Origin: Eledone cirrhosa
Taxonomy: Eukaryota
Direction: 5' to 3'
DNA length: 64,000 nt
Assembly: GCA_964016885.1 (NCBI GenBank)
Contig: OZ024747.1
Location: 72,788,001 to 72,852,000, forward strand
Shown piece by piece: positions 13,815 through 26,906 of this stretch (positions are counted from its first letter, which is position 1; each line of letters starts with the position of its first letter). Made by a program: the position numbers and the translations under genes. The notes beneath the pieces were generated by a model, which was not told where the DNA came from, made no database searches, and saw only the letters and a list, made by a program, of their open reading frames with translations.

Positions 13815-14120
13815 TTTACCACCACGAGATCTGGCCTTATCTTGTGGTGCAAGGAAAGGTAGGTATTAAAGATGGTGGAGCTTATTGTCTGTTGGAAGGC
13901 AAACATCAATGATGTATTTGACAGGAAAAACATAAGGTATATTGAGTTGGTTGAACTCTGTGGGAGGTATATTTCCCTATAGAGATAGGTGTCAGGCTTT
14001 GTTGGAATAAGGGTTGGTTCACTGCTCAAGGGCCTTGAGCCTGCACAAAAAAAGAAACATCTTTTGAGGGCCATTATCAGAGGCAGCTGAGAAATTGAGT
14101 CATTACACCTGACTCAAAAG
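13815..14120 (+). pseudogene. Restriction-like endonuclease (REL) C-terminus of a Hero/NeSL-type non-LTR element
   Basis: TRSGLILWCKER*VLKMVELIVCWKANINDVFDRKNIRYIELVELC...FPIEIG...SEAAEK resembles the RPD..VELTVPWE..ERK..KY..PVEVG REL pattern. Confidence 0.65.
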
Positions 14121-14440
14121 GTGTGCTTGGAGATGTCTCACTCGGAGTCACAACATCGAATTTCATGCTGTTCTGACGTATTTACATCATCTGACTCAAT
14201 ATTGTGCCATTGTACAGGAGTTTCATTGCCTACACTAGTGGGTGGCACACCTCTGGTGTCACATTGGAAGGAGCTGGAAGGTTTACTTCACCGGAGGCAT
14301 TAATCCTGCATTCAGAGATGACAACAGCACTTTCAGCACACTGGTGTATTTACTAAGTACATACAAGAAATAGTGGAAATGAATGAATAATACATAACAT
14401 TCCACACACAACATTTCACAACACTGCACACTACATGTAT

Positions 14441-14484
<44 letters not shown>

Positions 14485-15329
14485 ACATCATTTCTATTCA
14501 AGAACATACACTGCAAACAACTAAACACTTTACATAATTTACAAATGTTAAGCTCAAATAACCGATAACCTTTTCAATGATAACACCAACCGACTGACCA
14601 CACAACCATTTAACGTATGGTCATACTTATAAAAAAAAAACAACTACATCCACCCTGCAAGGGTCACACTACACAGCTAAAAAATACCTGAATTTTAGGA
14701 AAAAGAAAAGAACCTGCCCATACTCTCAGGTTTTGAATAATTATACCTCACTCCGCTTATTAATTTTTCAAATGTTTTCCAAACAACCCCACTTATTAAA
14801 TTTTGCTAATCTATCTCCAGTGAAATTTCATTTCAAGTGGTAGCATTTCCTCGACAATTTTCTTTAGACATTACAGGAAATATATGATGGGTTGAGGGTC
14901 ACAGTATGTAAGCTAAATGTCTAACTCTGGGGGAGACAACCTAGAAAAATTGATTTTTCATCACCATCTATTATTTGGGACCCAAGAGTAAATATAAAAT
15001 TTGCATATACACACACACACAAACACATACTTGTGCTGGGCCTCCATCAGTTATGATGAAGGGTGCTCCAATTTCATGATCAATGGAACAATATGTTCAT
15101 GAAATTAACAAGCAACTGCCTGAACAACCAACAAACGTGTATTCTTAATGTAATTCTCAGGGAGATTCAGCATCCAACTCATTTTTGCTGAGTGAACTAA
15201 AACATGACAAAATGCATTGCTCAAGGATCCAACATGCCACCTGCTGGCAATCAAACTCATGACAACAACTCTAAGTTGAACGCCCTAACCATTAAGTTTC
15301 ACAACTTTACACACCCAACAGCAACGAGT

Positions 15330-15575
15330 GAGAACAATGTCTTGGTATTAATTCCTGCTTTCTGCTCTCCAAGTTCAAACCTTGCTGAAGTCAACTTTGC
15401 CTTTCACTGTGGAGGGTCGGACGCCATGCTTTCCAGCAGAGTTACGTCCCTTTACGATCTGAGTTCAAATCCCACCGAGGTTGACTTTGCCTTTCATCCT
15501 TACGAGGTCGATAAAATAAAGTACCAGTAATGCACTGGGTAATTGCTGGCCTTGTGCCTAAAGTAGAAACAATTA
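15330..15575 (+). mobile_element. SINE family A, partial copy followed by a near-complete copy
   Basis: Two successive AGTTCAAA...ACTTTGCCTTTCA cores; tail GTACCAGTAATGCACTGGGTAATTGCTGGCC. Confidence 0.8.
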
Positions 15576-15786
15576 TGTATATATATATATATATATATAT
15601 ATTTCTACTATATCAAGCATAAAACTAATATATTTCTCCATTTTACTGCCTCATTTCTATTTGCCTTTTGCATAAGAACTGTGGTGATCTTTCTCAGTAA
15701 ACACGTGTGTGTGTGTGTGTATAAGCTTGATGAGAGAAGTGTATAGAGAAATGTCTAACGGAGAAGTAGATTGATATATATATAAC

Positions 15787-18020
15787 TTTCTTTTTATTTG
15801 CCGCCAGGGCATCAAAGAGTGGGACAAGTACAATGGGGGAGTTTACATAAAAAAGTGTCCTCACTAAGGAGGAGGCAATAACAAAATATAAAAATATAAA
15901 ATATAAAATATAACAAAAATAAATTGAATAACAAAATCCTCAATAGAGAGGAGGCGCCTTGGGGGGTCACACACACCCCCGAAAAAAGTGTGCAACCCTT
16001 CTCCTCAGGAGCACAGAGAGAGGGTGTTCCCTTGATCTTTCATCTTTCTCACCTACAGGTCTGATGTAGAGTGAAGGCCCATTCACACGGGCCATTCTCG
16101 CCACTTTCACCCATCTTTCATAGAAACGGCTGGGGTGCAGTATCTCTCTCTCCATGCTGATCCTTCTTCTGAAATGATATCGGAAGAAACGGACCAGTTG
16201 TTGGCCAGAGAGAAAGGTGTCTGACCTCAGTCCTTTCAGACGCGTCCACCATACAACCTCTTTCGCCATGGCTATTACGCACAGAAACACCGCCTCTCCT
16301 TCGTTTTTGAAGAGAGGAGGCGGCTTGATTGTTACAATAGACTCGGTGGTCAACCGGATCGGTCCCACCCGTGACAGCAGTCGTTCGACACAGCCCCACA
16401 GATCGGCAATGCCCGAGGAGTGTACCAATGCGTGTGCAACGGTTTCCTCGTCACACACGCATCTGGGACAGATCTTTTTCGAGGGGTCCCTACCCGGGTG
16501 CCCGTGTCTGTAGAGCCTTTCTCGAACGGGCAGAGCCCCTCGGTAAAACTGCCAGGCCAGGGACCTCTGGAAGTTATCCATAGGTCCCGGGCTGAATGTC
16601 CTACCGAATAGGTTGGCCAGTTCGTTTTCCTCCATGCCTAGGGCTTCTGAGGGCGTCGTCGCACCTGCTAACCACCAGCCCTCTATAGAATGACGAGGTG
16701 GATTTTCCACTGATAGCCGGGTCCGCCTGCCAGAGGGCCGTGAGCGCCTGGGCACACTCGGTGTGTCAGGCACCCAGTTTTCTCGGTCTTTGCTTGACCC
16801 AGGATTGCAGCTCGGTGAGCGAGACGAGTCTGGGAAAGGCTTGCCTCACAAACGGGGCCCACACCGGTTGACCGGTGAGGAATACCTGGAGGTGCCGTAG
16901 CCTTAATGCGTGTTTACGCATCATCAGCCACGGCATCCCCAGCCCTCCTTTCGAAGGGTGTTGACAGCAGATGTATCTCCTCACCATAGGAGCCCGCTTC
17001 TTCCAAAGGAATTGGAAGAGTGTCCGCTCCATTTTGGCGAGCGTTTCCCTTGGGCAAGGCATGACGGACGCTATTTAAGTGTTCGCCACCTCCGCCCAAC
17101 CTTTCAGGGACAGTTTGCACTCAGCCCACTTCTGGGTCAGTGCAAACACCCTGTTCGTTACCTCACCCCAGTTCTTCTCCACCTGGAGGTCTGGTCCGAA
17201 CCAGACCCCGAGCAACTTCACCGAGCCCTCCGTCCAGCGCCCGACAACGCCATCGGAGGGCATCGATTTGCCCCTCCACGTGCCGAGTTGCAGACCGATC
17301 GACTTGCCCCAGTTCAGCTTAGCCCCTGTAAATCTTTCGTACTCCCCCAGTAAGATGCCGATCACCCCGATTTCCGAGGCCGTCGACACTATTACTGTTA
17401 CGTCATCGGCGTAGGCCGACACCGCTTTCCGCAATCCCAGATCCAACGGGATGCCCTGCAACAACTCCAACTTCCGCAGCAGTGGCTCTAGAGTCACTAC
17501 ATACAGAAGGGAGGAGAGAGGGCACCCTTGTTGGATGAACCGCGCGATTAGAACGGCTCCGAGAGGTAGCCGTTCACCTTGACCCTAGAGCAGATGTGGC
17601 TGCTGTGCATGGCATTGATCCAGCCCCTAAAAACGGGTCCGAAGCCTGAGGTGGAGGTTGTCGTGGATGGACCTGGATGGGATAGCACATGTCTGCACAT
17701 CTCCCACCAGGTTGCCCATGACAAGCGCCAACCTCTTTGCTAGCACCTTGGCCAAAATCTGTAACACTGTATTTAGCAGAGTTATGGGCCTGAAATTATT
17801 TATATCGTCCCCCTTGTTCTCGTCCTTCCTCACTAGCGTGACTACGCCCTTGGTCACAGCACAGGGAATTCTCCCGTTTTGTTGCCAGTTGCAGTAGACC
17901 GCCTCGAGGAGATTGGGGAACAAGTCCGGCATAGATATAGTTCGTATGGAAGACCATCGAGCGCCGGGGATTTGTGTTTGCCACATTGGCTCAGCACGTC
18001 CTCTATCTCAGCGGCTATAG
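15787..18020 (-). mobile_element. Tx1/L1-clade LINE ORF2 (RT plus C-terminal zinc finger), 5'-truncated and frameshifted
   Basis: FRPITLLNT..KILAKVLAKRL-like, QTCAIPSRSIHDNL, AYADDVTV, GAKLNWGKS, KGGLGMP, CPRCVCDEETVAHAL; A-rich 3' end near 15790; the DxxKAFD region is deleted near 17648. Confidence 0.9.
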
Positions 18021-18397
18021 ATGGGCAGGTAGAAGTCGAGTGAAATAGGTGTTAGATGCACATGCATGTGTGTAGCTATAATTACAAACTGACAGAGACA
18101 TGTACGTGCATTGTTATGACGTAGAAATGGGAGAAGAGAGACAGCATAGAATAAAAATATGTTGAAGAATATTTGTGACCTGAATGAGAGGGAGGAGGAA
18201 TAGGATTAGGTATATGATAGGTGACAATATACATACAAGCACTATGTACACATCAGTTTCGTTTTAGCTTTTTGATAAATACAAATGGAAGATGGTGGGT
18301 CTAAAAGGGGCTGTGTTGGTCTTTCTGAGTAAACGCACATGTGTATATCTATATACACACAGACAGAAAATGAAATATAACTCTACATGAGTCATAG

Positions 18398-18512
18398 TTG
18401 GTGCTGCTTTTTCGGCCAATGCTATAGAATGGGTTGCTAGATGAGAATTATTTAAAAATAATTCTCATCTAGCAACCCATTCTATAGCATTGGCCGAAAA
18501 AAGCAGAACCAA
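18398..18512. repeat. Long near-perfect palindrome, ~55-bp arms
   Basis: CGGCCAATGCTATAGAATGGGTTGCTAGATGAGAATTATTT-AA-AAATAATTCTCATCTAGCAACCCATTCTATAGCATTGGCCG. Confidence 0.95.
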
Positions 18513-18876
18513 GTAAATATAGCAGCTGTGTTAGACTCCTTAGTTTTTGTTTTATTTCACTTCTCACTTTCCAATCTTACATTCTGATATATCTTTCTCT
18601 CATTTTTTATTATATTCTTTTTTATTATTTTTTCTTTGTCCCATTAATCTCATTTGATTTACCTTTTCTATAATGTCCCTCCTCCATTTTCTAAAGAAAC
18701 CTTTTTTCGCCTACCTCCCCTGGCCTACTTTCATACACATTCCTTAGAATTTGCCATATAGATTTTACCTTCAACGCTTGACCGGCTCTACCCACTCCCC
18801 TATTGTTCTACAGGCAAGTTCAGCCACCCCCACTGCCATGATAGACTTTTCTGTGTCTGCTACAAATTTTGACCAA

Positions 18877-19381
18877 TCAAAAGATGTTTCCTTTTTTGTG
18901 CAGGCTCAAGGCCTTTGAGCAGTGAGCCAACCCTTATTCCAACAAAACCTGACACCTATCTCTATAGGGAAATATACCTCCCACAGAGTTCAACCAAATC
19001 AATATACCTTGTTTTTCCTGTCAAATACATCATTGATGTTTGCCTTCCAACAGACAATAAGCTCCACCATCTTTAATACCTACATTTCCTTGCACCACAA
19101 GATAAGGCCAGATCTCTTGGTGGTCAAATGAGTGAAGTGGTATTTGCCATCCAGGTCAATTGAGACCTCTCAAATCCTCTCCCATTTTGGGTCAGTTTGC
19201 TTTCTTTACAGTGTTCTCCTTCTTTAAAAAGGTTTCTGTTGTGTGGTTTGTATATAATGTGTGTAGTTACATTCATTGTGTAGTATGTACTAGTGTTAGC
19301 AGTAAATTTTATTTCATATTTTATAAATGTAACATGTAGTGAGTCATACATCATATAATGTGTTAATTCTTAATAGCAGCT
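18877..19381 (-). repeat. Inverted duplicate of 13595-14067, including the REL fragment
   Basis: Continuous high-identity reverse-complement match with one ~33-bp indel. Confidence 0.9.
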
Positions 19382-21157
19382 CTACTACTAATATACTAGA
19401 ATCTAGATATAAAGGTCTGGTTTGATCTCGGCTATCTTGGGGACACTAAACTACAATACTATTTAACATCTCACACAGACGTATCGCACACGTGTCCTTG
19501 GAGTCGCAATAACCAGTTGGTTATTTCGTTTTAGGTATATAAATCAAAGTGTATTAAAATGAAATATTCCTGTTTGTTTTTGTTTTGTTTTGTTGTTTTG
19601 TTTTTGTTGTAAATCTTAACATTTAGAATTTTTTTAATCGATAAACTTAGTTATTTGTGATTTTCGTTCGAAGCTGATCTGCTTCCGTACCACTGAAAAT
19701 TTACAGTCAGTTGCCGCCCACCAATAAATTAGTTCAACAGGGAAAGGCAGTTAGATATGTGTCTTTTAAAAAAGAAAGCTTGCTTAAGGTTCCGATAAAA
19801 TTTGTACATTTCATTCAGTTTTGTTTTGTTGAACTTTTCCTTTCACTCTGTGGACACAACATGGCCGACTGGTTAACACACCCGCCTCGCAATCATAAGG
19901 TCCAGAGTTCAATCTTACTGCGTAAGCACTATTATTACCTCGGTTGAGTGTAATTGAAAAGACGGAAACGGTTTGGAAGACTGATCAACTGTACCTTTAA
20001 TTCAAAGAACCAACTTACACATTGTAACATGCTAAATCTACCTTAAAATCTCGTTAAGATGACACGTATCTATGGAATACTCGGCCAAAGGTGTACTGTG
20101 GCTAAAATTCAAAGAGCCACAGCTTTGTCACACAATGAAACACTGAATCTCCCTAAGTTTTGCTTTAAGGGGACACGTGTCTGTGGAATACTTGGCTATT
20201 TTACACGCTAATTTCATTAGCAGAAATCCATTTAACTTTACCTTTAATGTATTTTCATATTAATGTCTGCTACTATATATACCTAAAACAAAATATCCCA
20301 TTTAAACACGAAACTGGATTATAAAACTTATTTACCCGTAGAAGAGAAAAACAAAGCAAGATAGTCATAGCTGGTATAACTATATTATAAGATAGGGTAG
20401 GCCTGCTTGATCAGGGCTTACCTGAAATTACTTCGCCATCACCACCACATCATCATCATGAATTACTGTTATCACTAAACCCAGTCAACACAAACGTCAC
20501 CATCATAGATAGCTATACATTGGAATCCACAAGCAACGGCTAGGAAATTCCTTTAGAAGAGAGCAGTAAGCAAGAGGCGGAGATAGAATATAGATAAATG
20601 ATATTTAGCAAAGGTAGAGAAACAGAGAGAGAGGGGGCAAACATACAGGCAAATAGACAGAGGGGGGGGGGGGGGGTATTTAGCTAGGTAGAGAAAGCGA
20701 GAGGGGGGGGGTATTTAGCTAAGGTAGAGAAAGCGAGAGGGAGGAGGGCATACATAGAGAGGGGGGGAGTAAAGGGTAGAGAAAGCAAGGCAGCACTCCG
20801 CCAACGTCTCTACTATTCTAATCCCGATAGCTGTCATTTATTTTGATAATTGTGTATACAAAATGTCGGCACACACGATTGTGAATGGGGAAGGTCAGAC
20901 AGTAAAAGCTATATCAGTAATATGTTAAAATACCTTTATAACATGTATATTACTGTTGAGCCTGTTCGTCGCTCAACCTACTAGAAATAGCCAGCAAATC
21001 TCCCTCAAACCACAATCATCCAATATGACTCCTTCTAGATACACTATATACGAAGATAATTATGGTAGGATGGTCACGAGTGGAACTTTCTTTATCGTCT
21101 CTGCTTAATCTGGGTTTACGTAGATTAAAAACAAGCAACAAAGATGATCATCTATAT

Positions 21158-22474
21158 CACAGGTTCTCAATCCATTTAGGCCAAACGCGCCCTTTTGTCC
21201 CTTGAAATACGAAACGCACCCCTACCCTATTTTTCCATTTTTCAATATACTACTGATTTTGATATCAGTAGAATACTAAAAAATTGATTAACAATATTCA
21301 GGCAGCTGAGAGTATAAATACATTCCTTGAATCCCCTTATGAATAAGGACCAGTTGAATTTGTTATATTCCCACCAGGCGATACCAGCTATTTTGAACAT
21401 TTATACAAGAGCAACTCTGTCTATTCCAAGAGTGCTCTTATCTGGAAGAAAGTGGCAATTATATCATTTCAAAGCTTTCCAATTTTCCCTTTAATGAAAC
21501 GGACAGAATAAATGTTGATATCAAACTTGATGTCCCCCTGCTTTGTGAGCTTAGAGACCATGGAAGAGAGTTTTCATGACCACGCGGGAGGGTATATTTA
21601 TTAGTAAATGGTAAAATATATACAACAAATGAGTAATTGAATTGTAGTAGATGGTTTCCAGTCCAGTCAGACTGCAACTACAAATAAAATAATTGTTAGT
21701 TTGCTTTGTAACAATAACATATCCAAGTTTTCATATAAATCAACTTACTTTAACTTTGACTCATTTCAATTGGACCCTTGAGCTTCATGGAGTCTAGCTA
21801 ACTCTTTGACATGAGGCTGAATTTTCGTAAGATGTAGCCAGAGATCTCCACGTGTAATTACATTGTAGCGGTTGCAAGCCTTACTGTTCAGTCTGGAAAC
21901 AACACCAAACCTCCTCTCGACTAAGTATGAGCTTGGAAAAGGCAGAGCAAATCTCTTAGCCTCTGCATGTAGGTGTGGAAATCAACGCTGAATTTCCTCT
22001 TGCATCCCAAAAAGGGGTTCACCTATTTTGGGAAATCTAATTTTGATCATGTCATCTGCTTGAAGTTCAATGAATTCTTCCTGAAATTTAACGTCCAAAT
22101 CGACGACGTTAGTTATGAAAGCATCTGCTATCCACATTGGGATGTCCATCGGCAAAAGGTCGACAAACCGTTTTCTCATGTTTTGTAGCGCACGGAAGTG
22201 AGTGGTATAAATTTGGAGTTGATCATCGCTTACAATGTTTTGAACATTGGCGACACTAGGAAAATTATAGAATTCCCGTCAACAAAGATTCCTTTCGATG
22301 ACATTCAATTTGGCCAGGAATGTTTTTACAGCATTCCTTGCTTTAAGGAAGGTGATCTTCTTCCTCTGCAAAGCCAAAATGACGCTATTGCATTTGTCGA
22401 AGATGTTGGTGAGGTAGGCGCAGTCTGGAGTTCCGAAACGCCCCCCCCCCCCCCCCGCCCGTTGAGAACCTTTG
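21158..22474 (-). mobile_element. hAT/Buster-type non-autonomous transposon, internally deleted (copy 3)
   Basis: Ends CACAGGTTCTCAA / TTGAGAACCTTTG; 8-bp TSD ATCTATAT at 21150-21157 and 22475-22482; carries the transposase 3' part. Confidence 0.95.
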
Positions 22475-22773
22475 ATCTATATGATCGCTCGTCCTGCTAG
22501 AAACACTAGCTAAATTCCTCTCAAATCATACCTTAGTGTTTTAAAGGAAGAAGCATATCATTAGATAATGTAGTACTTCCTCCTTTGACAAGGCCCCCAA
22601 ACCTCATTCGCTTGCTGAGTGGGGTGGAACTCGTCATATCGAACCAAAGAAACAATGTTTCCATTGCTGATATTATCAACTGGTTGCAACTCCTAGATAC
22701 CCCATAAAAAAAAACGAGTTGGCAACAAAAGGAAGAAATACTTGGAGATATATAAACGTCTGAGATATATAAA

Positions 22774-22980
22774 CAGTAGTAGTAGTGGTGGTGGTGGTGG
22801 TGGTGGTAATAGTAGTAGTAGTAGCGTGGTAGTAGTAGTGGTGGTAGCAGTAGTAGTGGTGGTCGTGGTGGTCGTGGTGGTAGTGGTGGTAGTAGTGGTG
22901 GTCGTAGTAGTAGTAGTGGTAGTAGTAGTAATAGTAGTAGTAGTGGTGGTGATGGTGGTAGTAGTAGTGGTAGTGGTGGT
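22774..22980. repeat. (GTA/GTG)n trinucleotide repeat
   Basis: Seen directly. Confidence 0.95.
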
Positions 22981-23098
22981 ATCGAAGGGTGTAAAGTGAA
23001 CTTAATTATGCGTTTTTACAAGAGACCAATGTTTACAAATACATGTTCCTGATGAGGGCGCTCAAATTTGGATACACATGTAGTGTTTTTGTAAATGA

Positions 23099-23134
<36 letters not shown>

Positions 23135-23266
23135 CTCACACACACACACAGAGTAAAGTTGCGCATGGAAAAAGATCGAAACTCCTGGGACGAATGAAAG
23201 CATCTTTTGCTTCCATCAGCTACCTATTGGGCAATGCAATTTCGTGCATATGCTTTGTGTAATTGT

Positions 23267-23545
23267 GAAGGCGTATGGCCTAATGGTTAGGATGCTTGAC
23301 GTAGGATCATACTGCAGTTGGTTTGATTCGTGGACAGGCTGCTGTGTTGTGTTCTTGAGCAAAACACTATTTCACGTTACCTCAGTAACTTAGGTGAGAG
23401 TAAGTACGAGCAGTAGTTGGGGATTTAAACCTGGGATAGACCGGCATCCTGTCCAAGGAGAGTCTTGTACTCAGTCACTTAATGCCAAGGAAACCGGGGA
23501 TAAGCACCGGTTTGATGAGCTTCCGGCTTAGAACAGACTTTAACT
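23267..23545 (+). mobile_element. SINE family B
   Basis: GGCGTATGGCCTAATGGTTAGG head, TGTGTTCTTGAGCAAAACAC centre, GGATAAGCACCGG tail; another copy at 24198-24420. Confidence 0.75.
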
Positions 23546-23601
23546 TTTAACGAGAACCCCAGAATTAAAACTGGTGCTAGCATTTTGTCATTTATTTATA
23601 A

Positions 23602-23934
23602 CTAGCAGATTTACCCGGCGTTGCCCGGGTTTTGAAATGCAACAAAGAATAAACAAGAAACAAACGATAATATTAGTGATTTATCTTCAAATGAATTTGA
23701 TATTTATATTTCTGTCAATAAAGTTGGTTATCTCCCTTACATCAATTTTGCTACCGATAATTTTTATATCGATTTTTTATTGCTCAACGTGGGTCGATTT
23801 GAAATTTAGCGACCTGTGCAACGTGCACAGAAAATTAGGTCAAATTCGGTTGGTAATTGTAAAAACCTTAGGTATCCAAAGTTGTACACAGACACACACA
23901 CATCCTCGCTTTTATATATATAGAAGATAGAAGA
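23602..23934 (-). mobile_element. Non-autonomous Helitron
   Basis: Plus strand A-CTAG-CAGATTTA-CCCGGCGTTGCCCGGG (3' hairpin and CTAG) and TTTATATATATAGA (5' TC end). Confidence 0.8.
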
Positions 23935-24909
23935 TGATATGATTAAATGTGAATGTGTGAAGAGCATGTACAGAGGTTAGAGACAATCAGGTCTTGTTTA
24001 GTTATCAGAAGTATCGGTCAGAATTCTAATGTATTCTCAGTCGGCCACTAAACAGTGTTAAAAGATGTTTAATTCATAAAAATAACTAACATACCGATAA
24101 TAAAAAGAAAAATTTATTTTTATAATGTACGACTTTGTTCTCAGTTCATACCTTGTTAAAAGTAATCAAGTTTATTGCTGTTACTATGTCTACAAGGTGG
24201 GGACACGTGGCCTAGTGGTGAGTGTGTTGTACTAACGTTCATAATGTCATGGGTTCGATTCACTGGATTGTGTTGTATTCTTAACCAAAATATTTCATGT
24301 TGCTCCAGTATACTCAGTTGAGTACCAGTAGGAAGGAGTCTTGTACTCTCAGTCGCTTAACGCCACATAAACTGGGATAAGCACTGACTGATGAGCCTTC
24401 GGATTCGAGACAGACTTTAGACTCCAGTACAGGGGTCGATACTCTTTCTGAAATAATTCAATCAGAAACTACCTGTCTGTCTATTTACCTATTTTCAATC
24501 AATCGACATATCTACCCAAGATTCGATCGATCTATCCTCGAACCTAACTTTCGATCAATTTATCCATCCACCTATTTACTTAACACTAATTCTCTATCGG
24601 TGCAGAAGCATTAAAATTTAAATGAACAATAAAACCAGTTGTAATAAAATCTGTATATTGCTGTTTCGACATTGCTTTGAACAAATAACCACACACACAC
24701 TTTCTCTCTCAGAGATAATATATATGTATATAATTCGATTGGTATCTGCTATATTGCGGCTACAACTTCAATTTATAAATATATATATATATATATACAA
24801 GCACATATATATATATGTGCAATCACACCCCACCACTCACATCGAGCGTGAAACTAATAATATTTGTAACATTTACTCCTGCGTTTGTCTTATGTTTTCT
24901 GTTATTCCG

Positions 24910-24955
<46 letters not shown>

Positions 24956-24960
<5 letters not shown>

Positions 24961-25072
24961 AACAAGTAGGACCCCGACGGCTGAGCTCAAGCCGTTTCGA
25001 CGACTAATTCCGGTCCAGAATTAGCCGTCGAAACGGCTTGAGCTCAGCCGTCGGGATCCTACTTGTTCCTAT
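24956..25072. repeat. Long palindrome, ~55-bp arms, next to (TA)n
   Basis: ATAGGAACAAGTAGGACCCCGACGGCTGAGCTCAAGCCGTTTCGACG and its reverse complement with few mismatches. Confidence 0.95.
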
Positions 25073-25225
25073 TACCCACTCTACTACCCTAAGTATTGAG
25101 TACTTTGGTGCGTTATGGTCCATCTGGTTCCTTACCACATTTCCTTCGTTATATACATATATATTTCGTTTCTGAATTTGTTTAGCAAGATTCTTTATCT
25201 GAAAACGTGTGTTGAAACCGATATT

Positions 25226-25935
25226 GTTATGCTTTGGGAGGGTCATGTTGCCAATAGGAAACACACGCACCAGTTGCTTTCACTCCAATTTATTATAAAT
25301 TAAATTTATAAATTTAAGAATTTATAAATTTCCGGTTGGTTGGAGTATTGATGATTCTTTTTTATCTTGAAGATAAAAAAGAATGATCAATACTCCACCA
25401 ACATGCTAAAATAGAACATAAGGGCAAATTAGAGAACATAGAAATAAAAATAGAATCTACAGACAGAAAAGACGCAATGGTTAGACAAATCACAGAGGCA
25501 ATAAACATAAATGAACTCCAACCAAAATTAAGTAGAAAACATGAATGGAATAGCAACATCACAACTTACAATTAAGGACAAAATGAAAACACACACACAC
25601 ATAGAACAAACAACCAACCAGTAACATGTAAATAAACAAATAAATAAACAAATAAAAACACACACAGACCCCCGGATGTAACATGCGCAAACTAAACACA
25701 CAACACACACAAAAACAAGATGGCGTAAGAAAAGAATCCCCAATCACTGAAGAGGTCACAGAATGTCTGACGAAAGAACTTTGACAATATATGAACAACC
25801 GTCCGGTTATGGAACCAACCAACCAACCGGAAATTTATAAATTCTTAAATTTATAAATTTTATTTATAATAAATTGGAATGAAAGCAACTGGTGCGTGTG
25901 TTTTTTATTGGTAACATGACCCTCCCAAAGCATAA
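25226..25935 (+). mobile_element. Penelope-like element 3' fragment with inverted pseudo-LTR
   Basis: SILHQHAKIEH...DAMVRQITEAININELQPKLSRKHEW (GIY-YIG C-terminus pattern) at about 25386-25548; hammerhead-like motif 25747-25775; 25226-25342 inverted at 25817-25935. Confidence 0.75.
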
Positions 25936-26039
25936 CTATATATATATATAAAATCATCCCAGTGAAGAGTCCATTATATCATAACTAGTACTCAACCGGA
26001 GTGAATGTCATAATCAGTTCTTTTCCACTAAATTGTAAT

Positions 26040-26225
26040 AATTGTTTCTATTTTAGGCACAAGGCCAGCAAATACCCAGTACATTACTGGTACTTTATTT
26101 TATCGACCCCGTAAGGATGAAAGGCAAAGTTAACCTCGGCGGGATTTGAACTCAGATCATAAAGGGACGTAACTATGCTTCAAAGCATGGTGTCCGACTC
26201 TCTACCGATACTGCCAATCCACAAT
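26040..26225 (-). mobile_element. SINE family A
   Basis: Nearly identical to 9935-10118. Confidence 0.9.
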
Positions 26226-26712
26226 GCTATGAATTATATACATATACACATGCAGACATTCACGAGATCCCAAATTTATTTGTCGTAGCTTCAACGTAAA
26301 AGGCTCAATCTCTGTCAAAGGCATCCCTACATATGATCAAGTTGAGAGTTACTGTATGGGAAAACATATATATATATATACATACATATTGCGTTTCGCT
26401 TTGTTTTCGACCACAGCCGAAATCCGATTCCGCTAAAATTATATTTGTATACATATCTCCTTATAATATATAACCAGCAATTTCTCTGTCTGTCCGACAG
26501 TGGAATACGTGCGCGCGTGGTTACTATCTCTCTCTCTCTCCAGCTATCCCTCTCTTTTCTGTCTGTTTCTCTCACTCTCACTCTTTCTAACACACTAACA
26601 TTCCTCCCCTCTATCGCTGTGACGAATGGGGAGATGGAGGAGAGTCACTTCGTCACTTCACCTCTGCCTTTCTTTCTCTCCCCTCTCACTCCCTCATTAC
26701 GTACAGACATTA

Positions 26713-26906
26713 GGGCAGTGGATTGGCAGAATCTGTAGAGAGTCGGACACCATGCTTCATAGCATGGAGTTACGTCCCTTTACGGTCTGAGTTCAAATAC
26801 CGCCGAGGTTAACTTTGCCTTTCATCCTCACAGGGTCGATAAAATAAAGTACCAGTAATGTACTGGGTAATTGCTGGCCTTGTGCCAAAAGTAGAAACAA
26901 TTATTA
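26713..26906 (+). mobile_element. SINE family A, full length
   Basis: GGGCAGTGGATTGGCAGAATC head, B-box-like GAGTTCAAATACC, core, tail AAACAATTATTA. Confidence 0.9.

Noticed and set aside
19855-19925. tRNA-like sequence and YY1-like AACATGGCCG
   Set aside because: Decayed SINE head; no cloverleaf; the motif belongs to the A-box region
22742-22999. Poly-Val ORF resembling a membrane protein
   Set aside because: Trinucleotide microsatellite
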